32,000 bases of DNA, from positions 1,260,001-1,292,000 of the forward strand of contig NC_008789.1 in NCBI RefSeq assembly GCF_000015585.1. The letters run 5' to 3'. Within the stretch, counting starts at the first letter, position 1. Every line of letters begins with the position of its first letter. This DNA is from Halorhodospira halophila SL1. Its GTDB lineage: Bacteria > Pseudomonadota > Gammaproteobacteria > Nitrococcales > Halorhodospiraceae. The notes under the pieces are model-generated. The model saw nothing but the letters and a program-made list of their open reading frames with translations, made no database searches and was not told the origin of the DNA. Of the stretch, positions 15,645 to 25,974 are shown piece after piece. Both the position numbers and the translations under genes were made by a program.

Positions 15645-16319
15645 TTACTCCCGCGGAAGTCGACCGCCGTTGAGCTGGCGCAGGATACGCTGCCCGATGA
15701 AATCGAGCCACAGCGCCCCGCGCTCGAGCTGCGCCAGGGCGTCGGCCCGCAGGGCCTCCAACCGCCCCCAGTAGCGGACCAGCAGACGCATCGTCGCCCA
15801 GGCCAGGACGAAACCGAGACCATAGCCGAGCAGTGTGACCAGTACGCTGGGCGCCCCACCACCGCCCACGGCGACCAGGATGCTGCCGTAGAGCAGACCC
15901 AGCGGCACGAACAGACCGACGCCCACCACAGCCTCGAGGGCGGTGCGCAGCGCGTGGCGCCCGGGGCCAAGATGGGCGCGCAGATCTTCGCCCTCGGGGG
16001 CGCTGAGCCCGAGTAGCGGCCACAATCCGGCCCGGTGACCGAGGAAGCGCCCCACCCCCATGGCGAAGAGCAGGCCCCAAGCCGGTACCGCCGCCACCAC
16101 AGCGGTGATCACCAGGACCAAGGCCAGCACCAAGGGGCCGAGGAGCACCGCCACCGGAGCCCCGCGCTCCAACCCGTGGCCCGCCCAGATGGCATCCAGA
16201 AAAGCCATGCCCACCCAGTGCAGCAGATAGTAGATCAGGAGGGCGAAGACGACCGCGGCCAGCCCGATCCAGGACTCGCGACTCCAATGCATGGGCACCC
16301 CCAGAGTTGACACTGCCAT
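15645..16319 (-). CDS. Hypothetical integral membrane protein; alternative start at 16292.
   Basis: Several hydrophobic helices are evident. Its stop lies 2 nt before the DUF2058 start, suggesting an operon. No family was recognised. Confidence 0.6.
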   Translation of the reverse strand: MAVSTLGVPMHWSRESWIGLAAVVFALLIYYLLHWVGMAFLDAIWAGHGLERGAPVAVLLGPLVLALVLVITAVVAAVPAWGLLFAMGVGRFLGHRAGLWPLLGLSAPEGEDLRAHLGPGRHALRTALEAVVGVGLFVPLGLLYGSILVAVGGGGAPSVLVTLLGYGLGFVLAWATMRLLVRYWGRLEALRADALAQLERGALWLDFIGQRILRQLNGGRLPRE

Positions 16320-16459
16320 ACAGCTTACTGACTACCGGTCCGGCCTTACCAGAGGCGCGATGCGCGCGGCCCGAGTGAACCGCTAAAGCGTGACGGAAGG
16401 CCGCGCCCAGCCTACACTGCAGGGGACGGATACACCGTGTTCGGCAAGAGGAGTGCACC

Positions 16460-16984
16460 ATGCACGTGCGGTACTGGATGTTGGCGCTGATGGCGGCGGG
16501 GCTGCTGGCCCTGGCCGGTTGCAACGATTCGTCCGCCCCGGACGAAAGCCCCGAAACGGACGAGCAGGGGGAGGCCTTCGAGGCCGCAGAGGATCCGATG
16601 GAGGCCGCCCAGGAGGACGCGGCACCCCCGGCGGAGGCCGATCATAACGGCGTCGCTACCGATGATACCGCCCGGGCCGAAGAGGAGGCCGTGGCACAGC
16701 CGGTGGCCAGTCACGCCAATGAAGACAACGAAGACCATCCCGGACTGGCCATCTACCGCAGCGGCACGGCACCCAGCTGCCGCTCGTGCCACGACCGCGG
16801 GATTGCCGGGGCTCCGGTGACCGGCCAGGAAGCGGACTGGGCCGACCGCTCCCGCGATCTGGACGAGCTGCTCGACGCGACCCTGCGCGGTAAGGGGGCC
16901 ATGCCGGCCTACCGCGGACGGGCCGACGAGGACGACCTGATCAAGGCCATCGAATACATGCTCTCCACCCTTGAGGACGCATGA
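16460..16984 (+). CDS. Lipoprotein-anchored class I c-type cytochrome (c5-like) with a long acidic linker.
   Basis: A lipobox (LLALAGC) is followed by a roughly 90-aa D/E/A/P-rich linker. The heme motif is CRSCH, with a downstream GKGAMP Met ligand. Confidence 0.8.
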   Translation: MHVRYWMLALMAAGLLALAGCNDSSAPDESPETDEQGEAFEAAEDPMEAAQEDAAPPAEADHNGVATDDTARAEEEAVAQPVASHANEDNEDHPGLAIYRSGTAPSCRSCHDRGIAGAPVTGQEADWADRSRDLDELLDATLRGKGAMPAYRGRADEDDLIKAIEYMLSTLEDA

Positions 16985-18354
16985 CCCGCGGTAAGGACGA
17001 GCGGCGCAGCCGCGCCGTGCCCAGCAGTCGGTGGGGCCGCCTCTATCACCTGGGGCGGGCCACCGGGGACCTGGCCCTGGGGATCGGCTGGAACGGCCTG
17101 CGTGAACTGAGCAGCGGTGAAGAAGGGCAGGGCCGCATCGAGCTCTCGCCTGCGCACGCACGACGGATCACCGAACGGCTCGGGCGGATGCGTGGCGCCG
17201 TCATGAAGATGGGCCAGCTGATGTCGATGGATGGCACCGACATCCTCGCCCCCGAGGTTGCCGAGATCATGGGCGCGCTGCGCCACGAGGCCGACCCGAT
17301 GCCACTGAGCCAGCTCGACAGCGTGCTGCGCCGCGAGCTCGGCAAGGGATGGCTGAAGCGCTTCCGGGAGTTCGACTTCACGCCCATCGCCGCCGCCTCC
17401 ATCGGCCAGGTACACCGGGCGGTTGCAGCCGATGGCCGTGAGTTGGCGATGAAGATTCAGTTCCCCGGGGTGCGGGAGAGCATCGACAGCGACCTGGACA
17501 ACCTCGGATTCGTGTTCCGCCACGGCGGCATCATGCCCCGCGGCCTGCGGATCGAGAACCTGCTCGACGAGGCACGGCAACAGCTCCACCGGGAGGCCGA
17601 CTACGAGGCCGAGGCGGATGCATTGGAGGCTTACGGTCGAGCGCTTGGGGACGACCCGGAGATCGTTCTGCCGGGGGTCCACCGGGACCTGTCCACCCCC
17701 CGGGTACTCGCCATGGACTACGTCCACGGCACGCCGATCGACCAGCTGGCCGACCGGGGCGGGGAGGCCGCCGCGCTGCGCGACCACGCGGCCTCCCTGC
17801 TCAGCCGCCTCGCGCTCCGCGAGCTGTTCGAATTCCGATTGGTACAGACCGACCCCAATTTCAGCAACTTCCTCTACGACGCCGGGCAGGGCCGCGTGGT
17901 GCTACTCGATTTCGGTGCCACGCATTCGGTGCGCCCGGAACTGGTGGAGATCTATCGACGCCTGGGACGCGCCGCCCGGGATCGGGATCGTGACAGCCTC
18001 GAGGCGTGCGCGCGGGAACTAGGCTACCTGGAGCCGGAGGCCTCGGCCGAGCAAGTCGGCTCGCTGCTGGAACTGCTGGAGATGACCAGCGAACCGCTGC
18101 GTCACCCCGGCGCATACGACTTCGGCGCCTCGGATCTGTTCGAGCGGGTCTACCACCGGGGGCGGACCATGTTCTTCAGCGACCGCTTTGCCGGCACACC
18201 GGCGTCGGACACGCTGTTTCTGCACCGCAAGTTCATGGGTATCTTCATGCTCTGCCGGCGCCTACAGGCGCGTGTCGATCTACAAGGACTGATCGACCCC
18301 TACCTGACGGCCGCCCCCGGCGCCGCAGCGCCGGGAACCACCGCCCCCGGCTAG
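16981..18354 (+). CDS. ABC1/UbiB-family atypical kinase (AarF domain protein).
   Basis: The translation KMGQLMSMDG...FDFTPIAAASIGQVHRA...AMKIQFPGV...DPNFSNFLYD is typical of the ABC1 family. An ATGA overlap links it to the preceding gene. Confidence 0.85.
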   Translation: MTRGKDERRSRAVPSSRWGRLYHLGRATGDLALGIGWNGLRELSSGEEGQGRIELSPAHARRITERLGRMRGAVMKMGQLMSMDGTDILAPEVAEIMGALRHEADPMPLSQLDSVLRRELGKGWLKRFREFDFTPIAAASIGQVHRAVAADGRELAMKIQFPGVRESIDSDLDNLGFVFRHGGIMPRGLRIENLLDEARQQLHREADYEAEADALEAYGRALGDDPEIVLPGVHRDLSTPRVLAMDYVHGTPIDQLADRGGEAAALRDHAASLLSRLALRELFEFRLVQTDPNFSNFLYDAGQGRVVLLDFGATHSVRPELVEIYRRLGRAARDRDRDSLEACARELGYLEPEASAEQVGSLLELLEMTSEPLRHPGAYDFGASDLFERVYHRGRTMFFSDRFAGTPASDTLFLHRKFMGIFMLCRRLQARVDLQGLIDPYLTAAPGAAAPGTTAPG

Positions 18355-18367
18355 TCCCCAGGGGTGG

Positions 18368-19237
18368 TTACAGCCCGCGAGTGACGATGTGGCGCAGACC
18401 GTCGGGATCGACGACGCCGGGCACCTTGAAGCTGGTGCCATCCTTGCAGATGACGCCCACCCGACCGTAGCCGAGTATGCGGCCCAGCCAACCGTAGTTG
18501 ACCCCCACTGCCTGGATGTGCTCCCGATCGAAGACCCGCGACGTACGCACGATCAGCCCGGTGCTAGCAACCAGCTTGTTCGGGGTCAGCTCCAGTTCGG
18601 TGTTGAGGAAGACAGTCAGCGCGTGGGCCGCTGTGGCTGGCAGCACGATGAGGTAGAGGATGGTAGCCAGGACGTGCCCCACCGTACCCAGTGGCGCTAT
18701 GAACAGCACCAGCGTCGCGGTGATGACCAGAATGCTGGGGATGAATACGCCCCAGTGCACCTCGGCCTGGTAGACGATCGGTTCGTCGGGACCGAGCGCA
18801 GACTCCGCCAGGCGCTCGCGGTCGCGCAAGGAGAACGCCAGCAGCCCCAGGATGACCGCCGGCGGTAGCAGCATGGTGCCGGCCACCAGCAGCATGGTCC
18901 CGGGCGCGGTGCCGAACCAGCCCACACCGATCAGCAGGCAGGTGAGCGATGCGAAGGCGATACCGGCCGCGGTGATGTAGAGGCGGCGCCGCCACCCGAG
19001 GCCATCCCGCACCCCCTGGGCCGAATGCCGCGGCCACCACCGCATCAACGCCGAGACCAGGGCGGCCGGGAAGAGGACGACAAACGCCAGCAGGAAGCCG
19101 AACGCGCCCTCGCCCCAGACGATGAACGTCCCGATCAGGGAGACCAGGGCACCGATGGCCAGGGCGATGTTGACCCAGCGCCCCAGCCGGCTCGTCCAAG
19201 TCTCTTCCGCGGGCGTGTTGACCTCTTCCTCGTTCAT
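18368..19237 (-). CDS. Membrane protein with a bacterial PH domain (YdbT/DUF304-like).
   Basis: N-terminal TM helices are followed by a bPH-like C-terminus (LELTPNKLVASTGLIVRTSRVFDREHIQAVGVNYGWLGRILGYGRVGV). Confidence 0.7.
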   Translation of the reverse strand: MNEEEVNTPAEETWTSRLGRWVNIALAIGALVSLIGTFIVWGEGAFGFLLAFVVLFPAALVSALMRWWPRHSAQGVRDGLGWRRRLYITAAGIAFASLTCLLIGVGWFGTAPGTMLLVAGTMLLPPAVILGLLAFSLRDRERLAESALGPDEPIVYQAEVHWGVFIPSILVITATLVLFIAPLGTVGHVLATILYLIVLPATAAHALTVFLNTELELTPNKLVASTGLIVRTSRVFDREHIQAVGVNYGWLGRILGYGRVGVICKDGTSFKVPGVVDPDGLRHIVTRGL

Positions 19238-19247
19238 GACTCCTCCC

Positions 19248-19715
19248 TCAGGGTATCAGCCGCGCGAAACGCTCCCGCACCAGGTGGTCCATACCGATCC
19301 GGCCGGAGCCGACCAGCATGAACGCCAGGGCGACGAACGCGTAAAGCACGGCCATCTCGGCGCTCGGGCCATCGACGGCAAACAGCGGATCACCCGCAGC
19401 GAAGTGCACCCCGAAGGCGGCCACCAGCATGGTGCCGAGGATCGCGGCCGCAGCGGGACGGGTGAGCAGACCGGCGGCGAGCAGCAGGCCGCCGAAGAAC
19501 TCGGCAACCCCGGCCAGCCAGGCAAAGAACAGCGGCAGGGGCAGGCCGAGCCCCTCCACCATGCCGACGAACCCCTCCTGCGGAGGGATCTTGGGGAGGC
19601 CGTGGCCGACGGCCATCATCAAACCGGCGCCGATCCGCAGCGCGGTCAGCCCGGCATCGGCCACCAGCGTGGTCGGAGCCACACCCCCAAAAAGCAGATC
19701 TCGCGCCGTTTGCAT
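19248..19715 (-). CDS. DoxX family membrane protein.
   Basis: The start was trimmed to ATG 19715 (MQTARDLLFGG...) with a GAGAGG RBS. DoxX-like helices include AEFFGGLLLAAGLLTRPAAAAILGTMLVA. Confidence 0.75.
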   Translation of the reverse strand: MQTARDLLFGGVAPTTLVADAGLTALRIGAGLMMAVGHGLPKIPPQEGFVGMVEGLGLPLPLFFAWLAGVAEFFGGLLLAAGLLTRPAAAAILGTMLVAAFGVHFAAGDPLFAVDGPSAEMAVLYAFVALAFMLVGSGRIGMDHLVRERFARLIP

Positions 19716-19841
19716 GATCGCTAGCCTCTCTGACTGTCGATGTGAAACCGGCGCGGGCACCGCCGCGCAGGCAATCAGCCGGACCATAGCGCCTGGCCCG
19801 GACCCTATCAACAATCCGCGGCGCCGCGTCCTGCCGGGCCG

Positions 19842-20768
19842 CTACGCGGCCCCGTGCAGATACGCCCCGACCACCAACCCGGCCCCGGCGACCAGGGCGA
19901 GCAGCAGCTGGAACACCCCGGTGCGGGCCAGGCACTGATTGTAATCCTCGCCGCTGGCCGCGCCCATCAGCGCGCGCCAGATCCTTACCCCGAAGGGCAG
20001 CACAGCCAGCCCCAGGGCGGCGCCGGTCCACGGCACGCCGAACGCAACCATACCGAGCAGCCCCAGCGCCACACCGGCGAGCAGGCCACCGAACAACCAG
20101 ACCGAACCCACCGGTCCGAGCAGGATGGCCAGCGTCGCGCGCCCGGCCTCGCGGTCGCCCTCGCGATCACGCAGATTGTTGACCAGCAGCACGGCTGCGG
20201 CCGGCAGCCCGAGGGTCACTCCCATCACCAGCGCGGGTGGACTGATCGACCCGGTATACAGGTAGACCACACCGCCGACGGCGACCAACCCGAAGAAGAA
20301 GATGACAAACAACTCCCCCAGCGGACCGCGGGAGATCGGGAACGGGCCGCCGGAGTAGGCGTATCCGGCCAGTACCGAGAGGATGCCGAGCACCAGAATG
20401 GGCAGGCCGCCGATCGCCACCAGGTAGAGACCACAGAACAGCGCCAGGGCGAAGGCACCGTAGGCGGCCGCCATGACCTGCCGCGGAGTCAGCCAACCGC
20501 GCTCGGTGACCCGCACCGGACCGATGCGCTCGGCGCTGTCGGTCTGGTTCAGGGTGTCGGCGGCGTCGTTCTGCAGGTTGGTCCCGATCTGGATCGCTGC
20601 CGTCGATAACGCCGCCACCAGGGTCACGTCGAGGCGCAGGACGCCGCTCTCTACCCACCCCACAGCGGACCCCGCGAGGATCGGGGACAGGGAAAGCGGT
20701 AGCGTGCGCGGCCGGATCGCGTGCCAGACGATCGTCGGCCAGGACGGGCGCGGGGACATTTGCGTCAT
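19842..20768 (-). CDS. menA: 1,4-dihydroxy-2-naphthoate polyprenyltransferase (UbiA superfamily).
   Basis: It is a polytopic membrane protein with the motif NLQNDAADTLNQTDSAERIGP and a second Asp-rich region, NNLRDREGDREAG. An alternative start lies at 20780. Confidence 0.75.
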   Translation of the reverse strand: MTQMSPRPSWPTIVWHAIRPRTLPLSLSPILAGSAVGWVESGVLRLDVTLVAALSTAAIQIGTNLQNDAADTLNQTDSAERIGPVRVTERGWLTPRQVMAAAYGAFALALFCGLYLVAIGGLPILVLGILSVLAGYAYSGGPFPISRGPLGELFVIFFFGLVAVGGVVYLYTGSISPPALVMGVTLGLPAAAVLLVNNLRDREGDREAGRATLAILLGPVGSVWLFGGLLAGVALGLLGMVAFGVPWTGAALGLAVLPFGVRIWRALMGAASGEDYNQCLARTGVFQLLLALVAGAGLVVGAYLHGAA

Positions 20769-20891
20769 CGACCGATCCATGCGAGAACCTGTTCAGCAGC
20801 AAGAACGAACGGAGCGCGAACCGCGCCGGGATGCGGCGATTGTGACCGGTCCGCGGGGAGAGGTCCAGTCTGACACGGGAGGGGGACAGCC

Positions 20892-21131
20892 ATGCGGATG
20901 GAGCTGTACGGGGTACTCACCGAGGCCGCCGGCACGACACGACTGGAACTCCCGGCGCCGACTGAGGGCACCGTGGCCGCCGCGCTGGATGCGGCTGCCG
21001 ACGCCTGTCCCGAGCTAGCCAGCCACCTGCCGCAAGTGGCCGTGGCCATGGGCGACACGCTCGTCCCGCAGGACACTCCGGTGAACGAGGACAGCACCCT
21101 GATCCTGTTGCCGCCGGTCAGTGGTGGCTGA
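20892..21131 (+). CDS. moaD: MoaD/ThiS-family sulfur carrier protein.
   Basis: It is 79 aa and ends in LLPPVSGG, the diglycine tail of MoaD. Confidence 0.75.
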   Translation: MRMELYGVLTEAAGTTRLELPAPTEGTVAAALDAAADACPELASHLPQVAVAMGDTLVPQDTPVNEDSTLILLPPVSGG

Positions 21132-21139
21132 GCCGCCGG

Positions 21140-21355
21140 TTATTTGCGGAACAACCACAGCAGCAGGGTAACCACCCCACTGATCACCAGCATGGTGGTG
21201 ATGGGGAAGTAGAAACGGAAGCCGTCCCGCTCGATGGCGATGTCGCCGGGCAAGCGACCCAGACCGAGCTTGTCGATCCAGGGCCAGGCCAGCCCGACGA
21301 GCACCAGCAGGACGCCCAGGACGATCAGCATCCGGGGGATGTCCGACACGGCCAC
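21140..21355 (-). CDS. DUF2905 small membrane protein.
   Basis: It has the characteristic sequence LPGDIAIERDGFRFYFPITTMLVISGVVTLLLW. Confidence 0.75.
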   Translation of the reverse strand: MAVSDIPRMLIVLGVLLVLVGLAWPWIDKLGLGRLPGDIAIERDGFRFYFPITTMLVISGVVTLLLWLFRK

Positions 21356-21372
21356 CTCCCGTGGTGCGCCTG

Positions 21373-22032
21373 CTACTCTGCCTTGAGACGTCGCACGCCC
21401 GAGTCGCTGCCCAACAGCAGCAGATCCGCCGGGCGCAGGGCGAAGATGCCGTTGGTCACCACACCCGGGATGTTGTTCAGGGTCTGCTCAAGCTTGATCG
21501 GCTCAGTGATGGACAGACCGTGGACATCCAGGATGACGTTGCCGTTGTCCGTGGTGAATCCCTCGCGCAGCTCCGGCCGCCCCCCGAGACGGACCAGTTC
21601 CCGGGCCACGGTGCTGCGCGCCATCGGGATCACCTCCACCGGCAGCGGGAAGGCCCCGAGGACATCGACCATCTTGCCGTCATCGGCCACGCAGACGAAC
21701 CGATCCGACGCCGAGGCAACGATCTTCTCGCGGGTGAGCGCACCGCCGCCCCCCTTGATCAGCTGCAGGAAGCGGTTGGCCTCGTCGGCGCCGTCGACGT
21801 ACACCGGCAGGCGGCCGGCGCTATTGAGGTCGATCACGTCGATACCGCGATCGCGCAGCCGTTGCGTACTCGCCTCGGAGCTGGAGACCGCACCGGCGAT
21901 GCGATCGCGCATATCCGCCAGAGCATCGATGAAAAGATTCACCGTCGAGCCGGTGCCGACGCCCACGTAGGCATCCTCCTCGACGTATTCGAGCGCCGCC
22001 TCGGCGGCCAGACGCTTTCCCTGATCGCTCAT
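21373..22032 (-). CDS. rpiA: Ribose-5-phosphate isomerase A.
   Basis: The motifs [19 protein letters not shown] and DGADE are present, and the length is 219 aa. Confidence 0.92.
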   Translation of the reverse strand: MSDQGKRLAAEAALEYVEEDAYVGVGTGSTVNLFIDALADMRDRIAGAVSSSEASTQRLRDRGIDVIDLNSAGRLPVYVDGADEANRFLQLIKGGGGALTREKIVASASDRFVCVADDGKMVDVLGAFPLPVEVIPMARSTVARELVRLGGRPELREGFTTDNGNVILDVHGLSITEPIKLEQTLNNIPGVVTNGIFALRPADLLLLGSDSGVRRLKAE

Positions 22033-22103
22033 CTCGACTCCTGAATCTGATTTGCTTCGAGTGGGTTCGGTACGACCGCCGCTAGCGGTATGCTGTAGGC
22101 GAT

Positions 22104-23675
22104 ATGGCTACCCATCATAACCAAGTCAAGCCCGACGCCGACAAACCGGCCCTGGAACAGGATCAACGGGCCTACCTCGAGCGCATCCTGACCGCCTGCG
22201 TCTACGACGTTGCCGAGCAGACGCCGCTGGAGGCCGCCCCCATCCTCTCGGCACGCATGGGCAATCACCTGCTGCTCAAGCGCGAAGACCTCCAGCCGGT
22301 CTTCTCTTTCAAGCTACGCGGCGCCTACAACCGCATCATCCGCCTTTCCGAGGAAGCCCGCCAGCGCGGGGTGATCTGCGCCTCGGCGGGCAACCATGCC
22401 CAGGGCGTGGCCCTCTCGGCCCGGCGGCTCGGGATCGAGGCGACCATCGTCATGCCCCGGACCACGCCTCAGATCAAGGTGGATGCCGTGCGCCGCTTCG
22501 GCGGCAACGTGGTCCTGCACGGCGACGGCTACGACGCGGCCTCGGCCAAGGCGCAGGAGCTGATCGAGAGCCACGGCCTGACCTACATCCCGCCGTACGA
22601 CCACCCCGACGTCATCGCCGGGCAGGGCACGGTGGGCATGGAGATCCTCCACCAGCACCCGCGCGACATCCACGCCGTATTCATCCCGGTAGGCGGTGGA
22701 GGGCTGGCGGCAGGCATCGCCGTCTACATCAGTCAGCTGCGCCCGGATATCCGCATCGTGGCCGTCGAGCCCGAGGATGCACCGACCCTGGCCACCAGCC
22801 TCGATCGGGACGAGCGAGTCCGCCTCGACCAGGTGGGGCTGTTCGCCGACGGGGTGGCGGTGCGCCAGGTGGGCGAGCACACCTGGCCGATCCTGCGCCG
22901 CCACATCGACGAGGTGGTGCTGGTCAGCACCGACGAGATCTGCGCCTCGATCAAGGAGGTCTTCGAGGAGACCCGCTCGATCCTCGAACCGGCCGGTGCC
23001 CTGGGCGTGGCCGGTGCCAAGAAGTACGCCAGCGGGCACGGGATCCGCAACGAAACCCTGGTGGCCATCAACAGCGGCGCCAACATGAACTTCTCACGGC
23101 TCTCCCACGTGGCCGAACGCGCCGAGCTGGGCGAGCACCGCGAGGCGGTGCTGGCGGTCACCATCCCCGAGCGCCCGGGGGCCTTCCGGCGCTTCTGCGA
23201 GACCATCGGCGAGCGGCCGATCACCGAGTTCAACTACCGCATGGCCGACCCGGACACCGCCCACGTCTACGCCGGCGTGGCGCTGCAGAACGGGAGCGAG
23301 GAGCGGCACGCGCTGGTTGATCGCCTGCGCGAGCAGGGCTATCCGGTGCTCGACCTGACCCAGGACGAGATGGCCAAGGTCCATGTGCGTCATATGGTCG
23401 GCGGCCGCGGTCACGGGGTCGCCGACGAGGTGGTCTACCGCTTCGAGTTCCCGGAGCGCCCCGGTGCCCTGATGCAGTTCCTGGCCAGCCTGGGCGGACG
23501 CTGGAACATCAGCCTGTTCCATTACCGCAACAACGGCGCCGCCTACGGTCGGGTGCTGTGCGGGATCCAGGTACCCACCGAGGCGCGCGAGGCCTTCCAG
23601 GAGTTCCTCCACGAGCTCGATTACAGCTTCGTGGAGGAAACGGACAATCCGGCCTACAAACTTTTCCTGAGTTGA
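22104..23675 (+). CDS. ilvA: Biosynthetic threonine ammonia-lyase (threonine dehydratase).
   Basis: The PLP motif [10 protein letters not shown] is followed by two C-terminal ACT-like regulatory repeats; the length is 523 aa. Confidence 0.92.
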   Translation: MATHHNQVKPDADKPALEQDQRAYLERILTACVYDVAEQTPLEAAPILSARMGNHLLLKREDLQPVFSFKLRGAYNRIIRLSEEARQRGVICASAGNHAQGVALSARRLGIEATIVMPRTTPQIKVDAVRRFGGNVVLHGDGYDAASAKAQELIESHGLTYIPPYDHPDVIAGQGTVGMEILHQHPRDIHAVFIPVGGGGLAAGIAVYISQLRPDIRIVAVEPEDAPTLATSLDRDERVRLDQVGLFADGVAVRQVGEHTWPILRRHIDEVVLVSTDEICASIKEVFEETRSILEPAGALGVAGAKKYASGHGIRNETLVAINSGANMNFSRLSHVAERAELGEHREAVLAVTIPERPGAFRRFCETIGERPITEFNYRMADPDTAHVYAGVALQNGSEERHALVDRLREQGYPVLDLTQDEMAKVHVRHMVGGRGHGVADEVVYRFEFPERPGALMQFLASLGGRWNISLFHYRNNGAAYGRVLCGIQVPTEAREAFQEFLHELDYSFVEETDNPAYKLFLS

Positions 23676-23685
23676 GCCTGCTCAC

Positions 23686-24813
23686 ATGAGGAGATCCCCT
23701 ATGCACCCACGCACCTGGCTGCCGGCTGGTGTCACCCTGGCCGCCCTGACGGCAGGCACCAGCCACGCGCTCGGGCAGAACCCACCGGAGAAGGATCCGG
23801 AAGCCGACCCCCAGGGCAGCGCAGTGGTCTTCATGTACCACCGCTTCGGCGAGGACCGCTACCCCTCGACCAGCGTCAGCCTCGAGCAGTTCGAGGCGCA
23901 GCTCGACTACCTCGAGGAGGAGGACTTCAACGTCTGGCCGATCGAGTGGGTCATCGACATCCTACGCCACGGCGGCGAGATCCCCGAGCGCACGGTGTCG
24001 ATCACGGTCGACGACGCCTACGCGTCCGTCTACGAAGAGGCGTTCCCGCGCCTGAAAGAGCGCGACTGGCCGATGACCGTCTTCGTCGCCACGGACGACG
24101 TCGACTCCGGCCGCTCCGCCTACATGGACTGGGATCAGATGCGCGAGATGCGCGACTCCGGGCTGGTTCGCTTCGCCAACCACTCCTCGAGCCACGACTA
24201 CCTGGTCCGCCGGGACCACGACGAGGAGGACGATGAGGCGTGGCGGGCGCGCATGCGCGAGGACGTCAACAACGCCCAGAGACGCCTGCAGGAGGAGCTC
24301 GGCGAGGATGTGAACACCGACCCCAAGCTCTACGCCTATCCGTTCGGCGAATACGATCCGGAACTCGCCGAACTGCTGCGCGACAAGGGGTACACCGCCT
24401 TCGGGCAGCACTCGGGGGCCGTCGGACCGCTCAGTGACAAGCGTGCCCTGCCGCGCTTCGCGGTCAACGAGCAATTCGGCGACATGGACGACTTCGAGCT
24501 GCGCGCCAACAGCCTACCGCTGCCGATCGAGACGATGGAGCCCTTCGATCCGCTCCTCGACGACGACAACAACCCACCCCGCATGGAGATCCAGCTGGCC
24601 GAGGATCACGATGTCGGCGCCGGCCGGCTGAACTGCTTTGCCAGCGGTCAGGGGGCCATGGAGGTGGAGTGGTTGGACGACGAGCAGACGCGTTTCGCCG
24701 TCCAGGCCGAGGAGCCCTTCGGCCAGGGCCGTGCCCGCTATAACTGCACAGCCCCGCACCGCGACGGCAGCGGGCGTTTCTTCTGGTTCAGCAAGCAGTG
24801 GCTGAACGACTGA
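23686..24813 (+). CDS. Secreted polysaccharide deacetylase family protein (NodB homology domain).
   Basis: A signal peptide is followed by VVFMYHRFGED...VSITVDDAY...MTVFV...FANHSSSH. An alternative start lies at 23701. Confidence 0.8.
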   Translation: MRRSPMHPRTWLPAGVTLAALTAGTSHALGQNPPEKDPEADPQGSAVVFMYHRFGEDRYPSTSVSLEQFEAQLDYLEEEDFNVWPIEWVIDILRHGGEIPERTVSITVDDAYASVYEEAFPRLKERDWPMTVFVATDDVDSGRSAYMDWDQMREMRDSGLVRFANHSSSHDYLVRRDHDEEDDEAWRARMREDVNNAQRRLQEELGEDVNTDPKLYAYPFGEYDPELAELLRDKGYTAFGQHSGAVGPLSDKRALPRFAVNEQFGDMDDFELRANSLPLPIETMEPFDPLLDDDNNPPRMEIQLAEDHDVGAGRLNCFASGQGAMEVEWLDDEQTRFAVQAEEPFGQGRARYNCTAPHRDGSGRFFWFSKQWLND

Positions 24814-24821
24814 GCCCGGGC

Positions 24822-24854
24822 GGCGGAGGCGGTCACTCCCCGTCCGCCTCCGCC
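24822..24854. terminator. GC hairpin between convergent genes.
   Basis: GGCGGAGGCGG (24822-24832) pairs with CCGCCTCCGCC (24844-24854) across an 11-nt loop. The right arm overlaps the last codons of the minus-strand gene. Confidence 0.4.
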
Positions 24855-25843
24855 TCGGCCTGCGCCAGTTCCGTCGGCTGCCGCTCCACATCCTCCAGAC
24901 GCAGGCCGTTGAGCCGCTGGAGCTCGTTGAAGCGAATCATCGACCGCACCTCCTCCACGTAAGCCTCGCCACGCTCCGAGTAGGCGGTCAGCCCCGCACT
25001 CAAAGCCTCCCCGTCGAGCTCTCCCCCCTCGTCGCGCATCCGGGCCCGCAGATCGCGCAGCTCGTCGTAGGCGTGACCGACGTTCAGGGTGAAGTAGTAG
25101 GAGCGGACGGATCGCTGCAGGGAAGGGAAGACCCGAATACGGTGGGTCTCGCCCTCGCCGCGGCGCTCGGGTACCAGGCCTTCCTCCTGGGTCCAGGTCC
25201 ACTCGCCGAAGAGGTTATTGGCCTGTCGGGTAAAGCGTGAGGTCCCCCAGCCGCTCTCGTTGGCGGCCTGGGCCACCGCCATATCCGCCGGGATCTCATC
25301 CAGGCGGCGCAGCAGCTCCTCGATAGCCCCGTCGTCGTCGAGATCGACTCGATAATGCGCAGCCAGGCCCTCCAGGCGCTCGCGGGCAGCCCCTTCGAGC
25401 GCCTCGTGGCGCTCCCCGACCTCGGCCACGAACTCCCGCGCCTCGCGCAGACGGGCGTTCTCGGCCAGGACAATGGGAGTCAGGATGCGGAAGAAGACCT
25501 CCTTGCGGGTCTGCACGTCCACCTCGGCGAGATCGTCGGGGAAGCTGGCGGCGGTCACCGGCGGGACCTGTGCGTCGGGGGGCCACTGCTCCCCACCGCG
25601 CTCACGCAGCCGCTCGAGCATGGCCTCACTGCCATCGGCCTCGACGAAGGTCAGCTCGGGCACCCGGAACGGCTCCGGATCCACCACGTCCGATGGCGGC
25701 TCAGCAGACTCCCCCTCGACCCGCTCCTCGGTGGACTGATAAGCCCAGTAGGCCACCGGCGCGGCGACGAGGACCGCCAGGCCCGCGCTGATGGCCACCC
25801 AGCGGCCGATGCGCCAGTCTTTCATCCCGGTTTCGGTCATCAT
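24833..25843 (-). CDS. Bax-like protein with a glucosaminidase (FlgJ-type muramidase) domain.
   Basis: An N-terminal TM anchor is followed by VAQAANESGWGTSRFTRQANNLFGEW, typical of the mannosyl-glycoprotein endo-beta-N-acetylglucosaminidase domain. Confidence 0.75.
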   Translation of the reverse strand: MMTETGMKDWRIGRWVAISAGLAVLVAAPVAYWAYQSTEERVEGESAEPPSDVVDPEPFRVPELTFVEADGSEAMLERLRERGGEQWPPDAQVPPVTAASFPDDLAEVDVQTRKEVFFRILTPIVLAENARLREAREFVAEVGERHEALEGAARERLEGLAAHYRVDLDDDGAIEELLRRLDEIPADMAVAQAANESGWGTSRFTRQANNLFGEWTWTQEEGLVPERRGEGETHRIRVFPSLQRSVRSYYFTLNVGHAYDELRDLRARMRDEGGELDGEALSAGLTAYSERGEAYVEEVRSMIRFNELQRLNGLRLEDVERQPTELAQAEAEADGE

Positions 25844-25974
25844 CGCGTCGGCTCCTTATCGATCGACTGTGGCCGGCGCCGCAACGATGACACCAGCCTC
25901 GTAGAAGGGGATCGGCCACGGCCAGCGGAAAATGAGCCCGGCTACTGCGGGCGCCCCGGGGCAGGCGGCCTCGC

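Noticed and set aside
15643-16524. Upstream two-thirds of the 476-aa ORF 15094..16524(-).
   Set aside because: It is an Arg/Gly/Pro-rich out-of-frame overlap with the membrane-protein gene 15645..16319. The real DUF2058 gene starts at ATG 15642, which has its own RBS.
20781-20891. Moco riboswitch upstream of moaD.
   Set aside because: The leader is only about 110 nt, and I could not recognise the conserved Moco-motif elements by eye. A covariance-model search would be needed, so no feature is claimed.
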